Shown here: in pieces, positions 49,893 to 60,745 of the stretch
Numbering within the stretch: the first letter of the stretch is position 1
Layout: each line of letters begins with the position of its first letter
Assembly (NCBI GenBank): GCA_027251445.1
Contig: JAPNQO010000079.1
Coordinates: 32,001 to 96,000, forward strand
Direction: 5' to 3'
Length of the DNA: 64,000 nt
Origin: Fidelibacterota bacterium
Lineage (GTDB): Bacteria; Fidelibacterota; Marinisomatia; Marinisomatales; TCS55
The notes under the pieces: model-generated
Databases searched by the model: none
What the model was told of the DNA's origin: nothing
The model's input: only the letters and a program-made list of their open reading frames with translations
Made by a program: the position numbers and the translations under genes

Positions 49893-51722
49893 TTATTCAA
49901 TTTTAAACAACTTATAATCAAAAAAAGATAGCTCTAAATTTTTATCATCATTTACACGATATAACCAAAGTTGCGCATCTTTTCCATGGATATTATGCTC
50001 ATGGACAATCTCAAAAGGGTTGCCAATTATATCCATTACTTGCGGTATTGTCATACCAATTTTAATTGAAGCACTATTTAATTTTATCCGTCGATATCTT
50101 TCTTCTTCCATTCTTTTATCAATACCATATCTAATAGATAAATTTTCAATAATTGATAAACGTTTTTTTAACTCTTTATATATTTTTTCATTAATTGGGC
50201 CTAACCCGCTCAATTTTTTAGCTTCTTCCAAACTAATTATGGCTAACTTAATCTCTTCGGGATTTTTTATATCTTTAACATCATCAACCATCATGGCAGC
50301 TATTTGTATTCGATATGCATTTATTCGCCTATTAAATAATGGGTATTTAATTAATGCATCATTAATTAATTGAAGAGCTTTATCATAGAATCGATATTTT
50401 AATGCTGTATCTGCTTTCCCAATCATAATCTCAGCTTCTAATCTTGGCATTTCTTTCTTTACTTCATTTGAAAAAGTCACAGTTTTATTTAATAAGGACA
50501 TAGCTTCAATATATTTTCCTCTATTTATTAACACCTCTGCATACTGTATTCTAGAGCTAGCTATTTTCCGTAGATGTGAACTTACTTCAATAGATAATGT
50601 TGAATCAGCATTTTGTAATGATGATATATACCTATCAACGGCTTTATCTATCATTCCATTATTCTCAAACTGTAAGCCTTCTTTAAAAAGTTGATATGGA
50701 ATTTTTTCTAATGAGAGTTTATGATACATCTTTGCTCTATGTAGATTACTATGAGTTTGGTTCTCATTAATAAACTCCCCAAAGATTCTTTTTGATTCAA
50801 TAAAATCTCCTCTGTAATAGTATTCTTTTGCATTATCACCTTTCGATAATTCTCCCCCATAAAATGCACCAATAGTAAGGTAAATTCCGTAATCTTGAAG
50901 ATCAAAACGATTAATAGGCGTAATATCGTTAGGATCATCTATATTCTTAATTTTTACATAAGAATGTTTTAAATCTAGACCAACAGAAAATCTATAATTT
51001 TTATCTGAATCAAAAATATATCTTAATCCAATTGAATATGAAGTAGAAGGGCCCCATCCAACAGGATTATCATCATTTGATCCTGAATTAAAATAAAACT
51101 TTGATCTTGCTAAGCCCCATGTATATCTAATATTTAAATAAAATTGTTCAAACCATTGCAAAATTAAAGCATGGCTTAAGCTAAATTCAGAAAGTTTTGG
51201 TGAAAACTTTCTATTTATATTCCAATTAGGATTAATATTGCCCCATTGATTCATTGGGATTGTATCTGGGAAAAAAAGATTTGAATATCGATAGTTAATT
51301 CCTGTATTCATGTCTAACCAACTAGTATTTAATGTCAAATTAGATAAGTTTAGTTTTAGCATGTCAATATCTAGCTGGTGGCCAAATTTGGCAATTTTTT
51401 TTCCTGCATTAAAATGACTTCCCACATTTTCGTCATACTTTATCCAACTTGTAGGCATATTTTGACCATAACTACCTGCTCCACCTGTAAAGCTTAATCC
51501 ATAACGTAATTCAAGTGGAATAAAAGTTATTGGATGATGAAATTCTCTGGGATGTAATATTCTATCTTTCCAATATCCTGGCTCATATTGAATCTTTGGC
51601 CTTGGGCTAATATTAATCAACCCCCACATATATGACTTAACTGAATCCGTAGCTGCCGAGTCAGCAATAACTTGTGATATGTGGCTGCAAATTAGAATAA
51701 TGTATAAAATTCGTAATTGCAT
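49893..51722 (-). CDS. Putative outer-membrane beta-barrel fused to TPRs and a C-terminal BamE/SmpA-like domain
   Basis: Signal peptide; amphipathic strands; TPR helices; IKIGMTIPQVMDIIGNP...WLY. Confidence 0.55.
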   Translation of the reverse strand: MQLRILYIILICSHISQVIADSAATDSVKSYMWGLINISPRPKIQYEPGYWKDRILHPREFHHPITFIPLELRYGLSFTGGAGSYGQNMPTSWIKYDENVGSHFNAGKKIAKFGHQLDIDMLKLNLSNLTLNTSWLDMNTGINYRYSNLFFPDTIPMNQWGNINPNWNINRKFSPKLSEFSLSHALILQWFEQFYLNIRYTWGLARSKFYFNSGSNDDNPVGWGPSTSYSIGLRYIFDSDKNYRFSVGLDLKHSYVKIKNIDDPNDITPINRFDLQDYGIYLTIGAFYGGELSKGDNAKEYYYRGDFIESKRIFGEFINENQTHSNLHRAKMYHKLSLEKIPYQLFKEGLQFENNGMIDKAVDRYISSLQNADSTLSIEVSSHLRKIASSRIQYAEVLINRGKYIEAMSLLNKTVTFSNEVKKEMPRLEAEIMIGKADTALKYRFYDKALQLINDALIKYPLFNRRINAYRIQIAAMMVDDVKDIKNPEEIKLAIISLEEAKKLSGLGPINEKIYKELKKRLSIIENLSIRYGIDKRMEEERYRRIKLNSASIKIGMTIPQVMDIIGNPFEIVHEHNIHGKDAQLWLYRVNDDKNLELSFFDYKLFKIE

Positions 51723-51881
51723 GTTATGGAAAAATAACCGTTAGATACTGTTGTTTGCAAGTGTAAGCTATTAAATCAGTTATATATACCATTTTATATA
51801 AATTGTAATATGACAATTATATGTTGGAACATAATTTATTTGTTACCATTGAAAAATATATTAGAGTATTAGATTACAATT

Positions 51882-52532
51882 ATGAAAAATATATATATCA
51901 AGTTAATAATGATATCATTTGTAAATATTATTTATGGACAAATTTTTTCCATATCTCGTGTACATTATGGTGGCGGAGGTGATTGGTATAGTAACCCATC
52001 TAGCATTCCTAATTTGCTTAATTATTTAACAATAAATACTAAAATAAAAGCTAATAAAGAAGAAAATAGAATAAAACTATCTGATCAAGAGCTGAGAGCT
52101 CATCCATATTTATACTTAACTGGGCATGGAAATATTAGATTAAATGACGAAGAAATTATTGCTCTTAGAGATCATTTATTAAATGGTGGATTTTTACACG
52201 CTGATGATAATTATGGGTTAGATAAATCATTTCGTCGTGAGATGAAACGTGTATTCCCAAATAAAGATTTTGTAGAAATTCCACATTATCATCGTGTATT
52301 TCAGTCATTTTTTGATATGCCAAATGGACTTCCAAAAATACATGAACATGATGGCAAACCTCCTCAACTATTTGGCTTATTTGATGAAAAAAGAATTATA
52401 GTATTATATTCTTATGAATCCGATTTAGGAGATGGGTGGGAAGATGAAGAAGTTCATAATAACCCAACAGAAACTAGATTAAATGCACTTAAGATGGGTG
52501 TCAATATTATATATTTTGCTTTAACTCAATAG
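51882..52532 (+). CDS. DUF4159-domain protein
   Basis: YGGGGDWY, YLTGHG, GGFLHADDNYG, DLGDGWE, MGVNI. Confidence 0.9.
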   Translation: MKNIYIKLIMISFVNIIYGQIFSISRVHYGGGGDWYSNPSSIPNLLNYLTINTKIKANKEENRIKLSDQELRAHPYLYLTGHGNIRLNDEEIIALRDHLLNGGFLHADDNYGLDKSFRREMKRVFPNKDFVEIPHYHRVFQSFFDMPNGLPKIHEHDGKPPQLFGLFDEKRIIVLYSYESDLGDGWEDEEVHNNPTETRLNALKMGVNIIYFALTQ

Positions 52533-52533
52533 T

Positions 52534-55500
52534 ATGCAGACAATCTCAGATCATTTAAAAAGAATACGTAAAGAAGCAGTTCAGAACGACTTCATAACAT
52601 TTGCATGGGTAATGTATTCGGCAATTCTAATAGTATTCTTTACTGCAATTGGATATGAAGCTATTTTTTATTTGTCAAGCACAATACGGTTATTAATATT
52701 GAAAATACTTTTTGTCTTATGTATGATGACTATTTTTCTTGTAGTAATCATTAATGTTTTAATAGAACAAAACAAAATTAAACGTTATGCTTGGGCCCAG
52801 CTTGCTCGCGCAGCAGGGAAATTGGCTTTCCCAAAAAGTGACGTCGTTATTAATGCGTTTCAATTAGAAAATTCAGAAAATTCTATAGAATCAAATTCAT
52901 TAAGTAACACTTATATCAATAGTATATCAAAAAAACTAAATCGTTTAAACCTTAAAAAACTATTTCCAACAAGGATATCTGAATTATGGAAAAAAGTTGC
53001 ATTAATAATTCTTTCTTTAGGAATGATAATGATAGCTATTTTTTGGAATTATACAACAAATGCAATGATTCGTTGGGGGCACCCATCCTATGAATTTGAA
53101 GTTCCAAAGCCTTTTTACATTGAAGGCATTACAAGAAATATTCATTTACTTGGAGGAGGATCAAGCCCTCTAAATTTTGAAGCTTTTGGGATAACGCCAG
53201 ATTCTATTTTTTTAGAGCTTATACCAAGCTCAAATGATACATCTGTTTTATTTATTATGAATAAAGATTCAAATGGAATCTACTCTCACGTAATCGACGA
53301 AGTTTACGAGGATTATAGATATAGAGCAATTTCACCATCAGAACATTTTTGGCAAGCATGGGAAAAAGTTGCTACACCTTATTATTACATATCCGTAACA
53401 GATAGACCAATTATGGAAGAATTTTCAATAAAGATTTCTCCTCCTAAATATTCTGGTCTACCAATAAGTATTCAAAAGGGAAATCAATCAGATGTAAGAG
53501 CACTTAAAGGATCATCAATTAGAATCGATTTAAAAAGTAATAGAAAATTAAAAAATGGCTTTTTAAATCTAGATAATCAAAAAACACCTTTAAAAATCCG
53601 AGGTAAACGGGCTGCTGGTGGGTTTGTTTTTAAAGAAGATGCATTATTAAAAATATTATTAGAAGACCATCGTGGTATAACTAATCAAAATCCTATTCCA
53701 TATCATTTGCAAATGATACCTGATCTCAAGCCTGAAATGAGCATAATTCAACCCGAACCAATTATAGAGCTCGGCACGGAACAACTTATACCTATTCAAA
53801 TAAAGATCGAAGACGATTTCGGATTTAGTACTCTACAAATAGGATATGAAATTAAACGTCCAAGTTATATAAATGATAAATCTCAAATATCTATTTTCCC
53901 TATTTATATTTCTGATCCAATGGTTCTTTCCCAAGAAATAAAGAGTGTTTGGAGACTAAATGATTATGGTTTGATGCCTGAAGATGAAGTGCATTACCAT
54001 TTTGAATTGTATGATAACGATAACATTTCAGGCCCAAAGAAATCAATATCTAGCACGTTTATAGCCCGGCTCCCATCCTTAGGAGATTTGTTTGCATCAA
54101 TCGAAGAAGAAGAAGAAAAGATGGTGGATGATTTGATTATTAGATCAAATGAAATAGATAAGATACAAGATCAATTACACAATCTCGAATTAGAAATGCT
54201 GAAATCAGATAAAATTGATTGGGCGCAGAAACAGCAAATAGAAGAAACATTATCAAAAATTAAAAAAGAAACAGAAGCCTTAAAAAATATTGCAGAATCA
54301 ATGGATGCAATTAATCAAGCAGCAGAGAAGCATAAATTATTCCCAGATGATCTAATGAATAAGTTTTCTGAACTACGTGAATTAATAAATGAAATACTTG
54401 ACCCTGCTTTAATGACTGATCTCGATGACCTAAAAGAAGCATTAGATAAAATGAATATGAAAGATTTAATGGAAGCAATGAAAAGTTTGTCTTCCAACCT
54501 AGATAATGTAGAACAACAGCTAGATCGTTTTTTAGATATTTTTAAAAGAATAAAGGCGGAACAAAAATTAAATGAAACAACACAAAGATTAAATGATCTA
54601 GTGGAGCAGCAACAACAAATTAATGAAAAGATTCAAAACATTGATTCTAAATCCGATAAAAATACACTAGAGCAGTTAAGCTTTGATGAAAAACGTAATA
54701 GTAATGAATATTCTAATATTAGAGAAATAATGAAAGAAGCATCTAAAGCAATGGAAGAATTTGATAAAGAAACTGCTCAAAGATTGGATGATCTTGAGAG
54801 TAGTCGTATTTCAAACCAAACTGAATCATTGATGAATCAAACTATAAAACAGCTTCAAAAGAATCGTTCAGAGACTGCAAAACAAAAAAGTGAATCTGCA
54901 TTACAAAATCTTAAGAAAATTCAATCTGATATAAATGAAATACAAAATCAATTTCAAAAGAATACTACGAAAGAAATGGCTTCAAAATTTCAGAAGATTA
55001 TGAAAGATCTACTTGAACTATCTAAAATTCAGGAATCTTTAGAAAAAGAAACAAGATCAATGCCTAGAAATTCTCAAAGATTAGGAGAAATAGCTGGAAA
55101 ACAACAATTTATTCAAGATCAACTAATTAAAGTTATTTCTGAATTGCTGGAACTTTCTAAAGAAACATTTGCTGTTACACCAAAAATTGGACAAGGTATT
55201 GGAATGGCAAATAATCGTATGGAGAAAGCAAAGAAAAAATTAGCAGAAAGAAATGGTAGAGGAGCAGCAAATGATCAAAAATCTGCAATGGAGGGGTTAA
55301 ACTCATCTATATTAGCAGTTTCACAATCAATGAACCAAATGCAATCATCAGGTTCAGCAAGTGGGTTTGAGCAATTCTTAAAACGTATGCAACAAATATC
55401 TGATCAGCAACAGGGCATAAATAATGAAAGTATGCAATTAGCTTTAGGTCAGCTATCTGCTTCTTTAAAAGAAGGTCTTATGGGGAGGATGCTTAGTCAA

Positions 55501-55941
55501 CAACAACAAGTTCAAAAAAGTCTGCAGCAGCTAATCAATGAAAGTAAAAAATCAGGGAAAGATGGTCTAGGGGATCTGAATAGAATTTCCAAAGATATTG
55601 AAGATGTAATAACCGATTTTCAAAATAGAAGATATAATCAACAAACTAAGAAAAAACAACGGCGAATACTATCTAGAATGCTCGATAGCCAAAAGTCTCT
55701 AACTCAAAGAGGATTAAAAGAAGAGAGAAAAGCAGAAATAGCATCCGAAATCATTTACGAAGGACCCTCTGGGCTACCTCTAGATTACGGACAAAGAAGA
55801 AATATTGCCATGGAGGCATTAAATCAATCATTAAAAGCAGGCTATTCTCGTGACTATCAAACAATGATACGAAGATATTTCAATTCATTAAGTAAAATTG
55901 AACAAACTAGCGCTAAAAAAGATACTATAATTAATGAATAA
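52534..55941 (+). CDS. DUF4175-like membrane-anchored protein with Ig-like domains and a long coiled coil
   Basis: Three N-terminal TMs; PPKYSG, EDDFG, YDND; Gln/Glu-rich helical C-terminus; ends IRRYF..L. Confidence 0.8.
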   Translation: MQTISDHLKRIRKEAVQNDFITFAWVMYSAILIVFFTAIGYEAIFYLSSTIRLLILKILFVLCMMTIFLVVIINVLIEQNKIKRYAWAQLARAAGKLAFPKSDVVINAFQLENSENSIESNSLSNTYINSISKKLNRLNLKKLFPTRISELWKKVALIILSLGMIMIAIFWNYTTNAMIRWGHPSYEFEVPKPFYIEGITRNIHLLGGGSSPLNFEAFGITPDSIFLELIPSSNDTSVLFIMNKDSNGIYSHVIDEVYEDYRYRAISPSEHFWQAWEKVATPYYYISVTDRPIMEEFSIKISPPKYSGLPISIQKGNQSDVRALKGSSIRIDLKSNRKLKNGFLNLDNQKTPLKIRGKRAAGGFVFKEDALLKILLEDHRGITNQNPIPYHLQMIPDLKPEMSIIQPEPIIELGTEQLIPIQIKIEDDFGFSTLQIGYEIKRPSYINDKSQISIFPIYISDPMVLSQEIKSVWRLNDYGLMPEDEVHYHFELYDNDNISGPKKSISSTFIARLPSLGDLFASIEEEEEKMVDDLIIRSNEIDKIQDQLHNLELEMLKSDKIDWAQKQQIEETLSKIKKETEALKNIAESMDAINQAAEKHKLFPDDLMNKFSELRELINEILDPALMTDLDDLKEALDKMNMKDLMEAMKSLSSNLDNVEQQLDRFLDIFKRIKAEQKLNETTQRLNDLVEQQQQINEKIQNIDSKSDKNTLEQLSFDEKRNSNEYSNIREIMKEASKAMEEFDKETAQRLDDLESSRISNQTESLMNQTIKQLQKNRSETAKQKSESALQNLKKIQSDINEIQNQFQKNTTKEMASKFQKIMKDLLELSKIQESLEKETRSMPRNSQRLGEIAGKQQFIQDQLIKVISELLELSKETFAVTPKIGQGIGMANNRMEKAKKKLAERNGRGAANDQKSAMEGLNSSILAVSQSMNQMQSSGSASGFEQFLKRMQQISDQQQGINNESMQLALGQLSASLKEGLMGRMLSQQQQVQKSLQQLINESKKSGKDGLGDLNRISKDIEDVITDFQNRRYNQQTKKKQRRILSRMLDSQKSLTQRGLKEERKAEIASEIIYEGPSGLPLDYGQRRNIAMEALNQSLKAGYSRDYQTMIRRYFNSLSKIEQTSAKKDTIINE

Positions 55942-57826
55942 AATCTTTTTACTATTGATCGCTGGTACATTGTTTTCACAAATAAATGTAAACCCCAAAA
56001 AAATGAACAATTTTCAAGATGCTTTCTTTATGGAACGAAAGGGTGAAATAGAAGATGCAAAAATAATTTATGAAAAATTAATTAAAAAAAATCCTAAAGA
56101 TAGACAAGCATATCAACGTTTAAAGGATATTTTTAAAAGAACTGAAGAATTACCTAAAGCCATAAAACTAATTGAAGATTGGATCGTAATACACCCGAAT
56201 GACTTGCAAGCACATATAGAACTGGGGGAAATATTATATTTAAATAATAATAAAATAAAGGCAGATCAAATCTGGAGTAAGTTTGAAAATACCTATGGTA
56301 AAAATCAAAGTATATATAGGATGCTACTACATACCTATAGCCGTCTTAGTTTGACTGAAAAAATGAAAGAGTTAGTAGATAGAGGAAGAAGAAAACTTAA
56401 TAAAAACGATTTATTGTCCCTTGATTTAGCAAACTACTACTATTCCAGACAAACATACGATCTCTCACTAAATGAATTATTATTATATATTAAATATAAT
56501 CCAGCAAATGAGAAAATTGTCATGAATAAGATACTACTAATCAGTGATGACCCACAGAATCACCTTTTAATTGAAAAAAAATTAGTTGCTAACCTAAACG
56601 AAAATAATTTTAGAATTCATAAACTATTGGCAGGTTATTATTTTAAGACAGAACAATATAAAGATGCGATTAATACTCATCGTTCAATAGGGATAGAAAA
56701 TAATTCAGATTTTAAACGATGGTTGAATCTTGCTGAAAATTTGAGAAAAGAAAGTCAATATGAATTATCAATTAATACTTATCAGGAACTATTAAATAGT
56801 AATACTAACTTATCATCATCTATAGTTGGAGATGCTTTATTAGGATTAGGTGAAACTTATGAAGCACAATTACTTGAAAATAATTTTCAAAATAAATTAG
56901 TAAGCTTTTATCCAGATAATATTTTTTTTGTTGATTATATACTGGTCTTCAATGAATTTAAAAAAGATTCACTTAAATCAATTGAATCAACATTTAATTT
57001 ATATCAACGAATATTAAAAGAACTACCTGCATCAACTTTTTCTGCCAAAGCTCATTATCGACTTGGAGAGCTACAATTAAAAGTTATGCATGATTTTAAG
57101 GGAGCAAGAAGATCATATTTATCTGCTCTTAAATCCAGACCAAATAATGATCTTAGAAATAATATTATTTTAAAAATAGGAGATACATATTTAGCTGAAG
57201 GAAATCTAATTAATGCAAGAAAACATAATGAAAAGTATTATGAACAATTTTTATCAAACAATAATATTGATCCTTTTACAATGAAGAATATTCATTTAAC
57301 ATTTTTATCAGGGGATATTGATACCACAAAAGTATTAATAGATTCAGTTATTACAAAAACAAGTCCAAGTGATAAATATTTTAATGATTTAATGGAATTA
57401 CAGGGCATAATAGCTCAACATTTTTCTTTTGGAGATAAAGAAGATAAAGAAGCATTCTTATTATATGTCAAAGCTGAAAAATATTTACAAGAATTTAAAT
57501 TTATTGAAGTCATAGAAACATTATCATTCGTACGAGAAAACTATCCAAATAGCTCAATAATTCCCATAGTAATGCTTAGAGAATGTTTATTAAGAATGAT
57601 AATTGATGATACAAGCATCTCTCTTAGTATAGCAAAATCACTACAGCAAACTTCATTAGCACCCGAAGGAATTACCGCACAAGGTGAAATATATGAAAAA
57701 ATATATAAAGACACTGATAAAGCGATAGAAATGTATAATTTATTACTTGAAGAATTTCCTATGTCCATGCTTGCAGAACCGGTAAGAATAAGAATCAGAC
57801 AATTAAGTGGTGTGAAAAAAAGTTAA
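55934..57826 (+). CDS. Secreted TPR protein
   Basis: Signal peptide; many TPR units (AHIELGEILY, ALLGLGETY, AHYRLGE, LLEEFPMS). Confidence 0.85.
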   Translation: MNKIFLLLIAGTLFSQINVNPKKMNNFQDAFFMERKGEIEDAKIIYEKLIKKNPKDRQAYQRLKDIFKRTEELPKAIKLIEDWIVIHPNDLQAHIELGEILYLNNNKIKADQIWSKFENTYGKNQSIYRMLLHTYSRLSLTEKMKELVDRGRRKLNKNDLLSLDLANYYYSRQTYDLSLNELLLYIKYNPANEKIVMNKILLISDDPQNHLLIEKKLVANLNENNFRIHKLLAGYYFKTEQYKDAINTHRSIGIENNSDFKRWLNLAENLRKESQYELSINTYQELLNSNTNLSSSIVGDALLGLGETYEAQLLENNFQNKLVSFYPDNIFFVDYILVFNEFKKDSLKSIESTFNLYQRILKELPASTFSAKAHYRLGELQLKVMHDFKGARRSYLSALKSRPNNDLRNNIILKIGDTYLAEGNLINARKHNEKYYEQFLSNNNIDPFTMKNIHLTFLSGDIDTTKVLIDSVITKTSPSDKYFNDLMELQGIIAQHFSFGDKEDKEAFLLYVKAEKYLQEFKFIEVIETLSFVRENYPNSSIIPIVMLRECLLRMIIDDTSISLSIAKSLQQTSLAPEGITAQGEIYEKIYKDTDKAIEMYNLLLEEFPMSMLAEPVRIRIRQLSGVKKS

Positions 57827-59080
57827 ATGAAACAATTTATTTACTTTTTTTTAATAGTACAGTTTTTATTGGGAGCTGATAAACTACTTATTCCTATGGA
57901 TAAAATTCAAAAGGATCATTTAAAAGCATATGGTATTGCATTTTGGACATTGGAAAAGAATATTAATATTGAATGGCTATTAAACTATAGAGGTGGTTCA
58001 TTTCTAATTGATTATTATTCGCCTATTGCACAAGAATGCAGAATAAGAGGGGTAACCTTTCAAAGAATTTCTGCAAACGATCTTATAGATATTTACTCAG
58101 AAGTAGAAAAAAATAATATGGATATCGTTCTATTGGAAAAAGCACCAAAAATTGCTATCTATACACCTGAAAATAAACAACCATGGGATGATGCTGTTAC
58201 TCTGGCATTAACATATGCAGAAGTTCCTTATAAGACTTTGTGGGATAGAGAAGTATTTGAAGGTGAATTACAAAAATATGATTGGCTACATCTACATCAC
58301 GAAGATTTTACTGGACAATACGGTAAGTTTTACAGGAATTACCACACTGCACAATGGTATATCGAACAACAAAAACAATATGAATCTATTGCAAAAGAGT
58401 TAGGGTATTTAACAGTACATGAACAAAAAAAAGCTCTTACTCAACTAATAAGAACATTTGTTGGAAATGGAGGCTTTCTATTTGCTATGTGTTCAGCAAC
58501 AGACACATATGATATAGCCCTTGCAGAAGAAGGAGTAGATGCGGCACATCATGTATTTGATGGTACACCAATTACTCCAAATGTGAATTCAAAGCTTAAT
58601 TATAAGAACACATTTGCTTTTACCAATTTTTCTTTGATGACAGACCCCATGATATATGAGTTTTCGGATATTGATTTTCCTCCAAGTCATAACCCAATTA
58701 CTCGTGGAGCAGAAGCAGATTATTTTACTTTATTTGAATTTTCAGCAAAATATGATCCAGTACCTACGATGCTAACCCAAAATCATGCTTCTGTTATTAA
58801 AGGGTTTATGGGACAAACTACAGGTTTCAATAGAGATAAAATAAAAAAACATGTAGTAATAATGGGTGAAGATCCAGCTTCTCCACAAGTGAAATATCTT
58901 CATGGAAACTATGGCCAAGGCACCTACACTTTTCTTGGAGGACATGACCCTGAAGATTATCAACATTTTGTTGGAGACCCCCCGACTGATTTATCTTTAC
59001 ATAGAAATTCTCCAGGATATAGACTTATTCTAAATAATATATTATTTCCTGCTGCAAGAAAAAAAGAAAGAAAAACATAA
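57827..59080 (+). CDS. Conserved FCB secreted protein, probably class I GATase-like fold (family often auto-annotated as asparagine synthetase B)
   Basis: LIPMD..Q..HLKAYG, WLLNYRGGSF, WDDAV, HHEDFTGQYG, GFLFAMCSATD, GGHDPEDY. Confidence 0.7.
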   Translation: MKQFIYFFLIVQFLLGADKLLIPMDKIQKDHLKAYGIAFWTLEKNINIEWLLNYRGGSFLIDYYSPIAQECRIRGVTFQRISANDLIDIYSEVEKNNMDIVLLEKAPKIAIYTPENKQPWDDAVTLALTYAEVPYKTLWDREVFEGELQKYDWLHLHHEDFTGQYGKFYRNYHTAQWYIEQQKQYESIAKELGYLTVHEQKKALTQLIRTFVGNGGFLFAMCSATDTYDIALAEEGVDAAHHVFDGTPITPNVNSKLNYKNTFAFTNFSLMTDPMIYEFSDIDFPPSHNPITRGAEADYFTLFEFSAKYDPVPTMLTQNHASVIKGFMGQTTGFNRDKIKKHVVIMGEDPASPQVKYLHGNYGQGTYTFLGGHDPEDYQHFVGDPPTDLSLHRNSPGYRLILNNILFPAARKKERKT

Positions 59081-59089
59081 TTAAGTGAA

Positions 59090-59521
59090 TTGAAAATGTG
59101 GTTACAAAAAGAAATTTCTATCCCTCCCAAGCCTAGAGGGTTTCATCTTATAACAAATGATATAATTAATAATATTAATGTAATTAAAACAGTTGAAAAT
59201 GGATTATTAAATCTTTTTATAAAGCACACATCGGCTTCATTGACAATTAATGAAAATGCAGACCCTACTGTTCGAGCAGATTTTGAATCTCATTTCAATC
59301 ATATTGTCCCTGAAAAGCAGGGCTATTATTCTCATACAATGGAAGGACCTGATGATATGCCAGCACATTTAAAATCATCAATTCTTGGTTCTTCAATTAA
59401 TATACCAATAACTAATGGAAGTCTTAATCTTGGGACATGGCAAGGTATTTATCTGTGTGAACATAGAGATCGTGGTGGAAGTAGAAATATAATTGCAACT
59501 ATAAATGGTGATGGAGTTTAA
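59090..59521 (+). CDS. yjbQ: YjbQ/UPF0047 family protein
   Basis: HTSASLTINENADP, EGPDDMPAH, LGTWQGIYLCEHR. Confidence 0.95.
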   Translation: MKMWLQKEISIPPKPRGFHLITNDIINNINVIKTVENGLLNLFIKHTSASLTINENADPTVRADFESHFNHIVPEKQGYYSHTMEGPDDMPAHLKSSILGSSINIPITNGSLNLGTWQGIYLCEHRDRGGSRNIIATINGDGV

Positions 59522-60303
59522 GAATTATTATTCTTTTTTATATTATTCCATATATCTTCTAATTCATTAAAAGAAGATTCTTCAATATTTTTTCCTCTTT
59601 TATTTATTTCATCTTCAATCATTTTAAATCTATTTATAAATTTATTATTGGATTTCCGAAGGGCATCATCTGCAGAAATACCTAAAAATCTAGCAAGATT
59701 GATCAAAGAAAAAATTGTATCCCCAAGCTCTTCTAATATTTCATCCTTATTATTCTTTTTTTGAGCATTCTTTAGTTCTTCCATTTCTTCAGATATTTTT
59801 TCCCATATTTCTTCTTCTTTTTGAAAATCTAATCCTGCATGTGATGCTTTTTCCTGAATTCTTTGTGCGCGAATAATACCAGGCAAACTAATTGGCACTC
59901 CATCTAGCCGAGAGCTTCTATTTTTTTCTTTATGTTTTTGCAACTCCCAGCTCGATATAATATTATCCTGAATTACATTTTTCTTATCAAAAACGTGCGG
60001 GTGTCTTCTTACTAGTTTTTCATTAATATTTTTTAACGATTCAGAAATATCAAATAATTTATTCTCTTTTGCAATGACAGCTTGAAATACAATGTGAAGA
60101 ATCAAATCTCCCAACTCTTCTTTTAATCCATCCCAATTTTTTTCATCAATAGTCTCAATAACTTCATATGTTTCTTCGAGCATATATGATACTAAAGACT
60201 CTGATGTTTGCTCTTTATCCCAAGGGCATCCATCTGGGCCCCTTAATCTTTTAACCAAATTAATTAATTCTTCAAACTGATTTCCGATAGATTGATTATT
60301 CAT
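59518..60303 (-). CDS. mazG: Nucleoside triphosphate pyrophosphohydrolase MazG
   Basis: GCPWD..QT, EETYE, EELGD twice, RRHPHVF. Confidence 0.96.
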   Translation of the reverse strand: MNNQSIGNQFEELINLVKRLRGPDGCPWDKEQTSESLVSYMLEETYEVIETIDEKNWDGLKEELGDLILHIVFQAVIAKENKLFDISESLKNINEKLVRRHPHVFDKKNVIQDNIISSWELQKHKEKNRSSRLDGVPISLPGIIRAQRIQEKASHAGLDFQKEEEIWEKISEEMEELKNAQKKNNKDEILEELGDTIFSLINLARFLGISADDALRKSNNKFINRFKMIEDEINKRGKNIEESSFNELEDIWNNIKKNNNS

Positions 60304-60307
60304 AATA

Positions 60308-60745
60308 TCAAAAAATATTTATCCATTCAAAATCTTCTAAATATTGATTTTCTTTTTTTGTCATCAATAATTTTTCATTTCCCATCTCATCCTTATAATT
60401 TAATAGATGTAAGGTGCCATGAATAATAAGCCTAGCTAGTTCTTTAGATATGTCTTGTTCATATTTTTTTGCGTTATATATAGCTCGTTCAATACTAATA
60501 TAAATTTCACCTTCTACCATTTCATCACTATAATCATTAATTCTAAATGCAATTACATCTGTTAAATGATCTTTATTGAAAAATTTTATTTTTAAATTAT
60601 TGAGCAATTTATCTTTAGCAAATATCAGATTTATTTTTGCCTTATTAATTTGCTCTTTTTGTAAAGTAGATTTTAATATTTTAGTTGATACTCTCTTATT
60701 TATAGCATTGTAATCAGGGTCTATTTCAATGGTGACATCAATCAT
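60308..60745 (-). CDS. ybeY: rRNA maturation endoribonuclease YbeY
   Basis: TDVIAF, GEIYIS, IHGTLHLLNYKD. Confidence 0.92.
   Translation of the reverse strand: MIDVTIEIDPDYNAINKRVSTKILKSTLQKEQINKAKINLIFAKDKLLNNLKIKFFNKDHLTDVIAFRINDYSDEMVEGEIYISIERAIYNAKKYEQDISKELARLIIHGTLHLLNYKDEMGNEKLLMTKKENQYLEDFEWINIF

Noticed and set aside
51823..51842. Sigma-54-like TTGGAAC upstream of DUF4159
   Set aside because: No TTGC at the -12 position
57827..59080. Asparagine synthetase B label for this family
   Set aside because: No N-terminal Ntn Cys and no SGGLDS PP-loop; it has a signal peptide
60308..60745. YbeY inactivation because the third His is replaced (LNYKD)
   Set aside because: A YxD ending is a common variant in FCB YbeY proteins, as I recall
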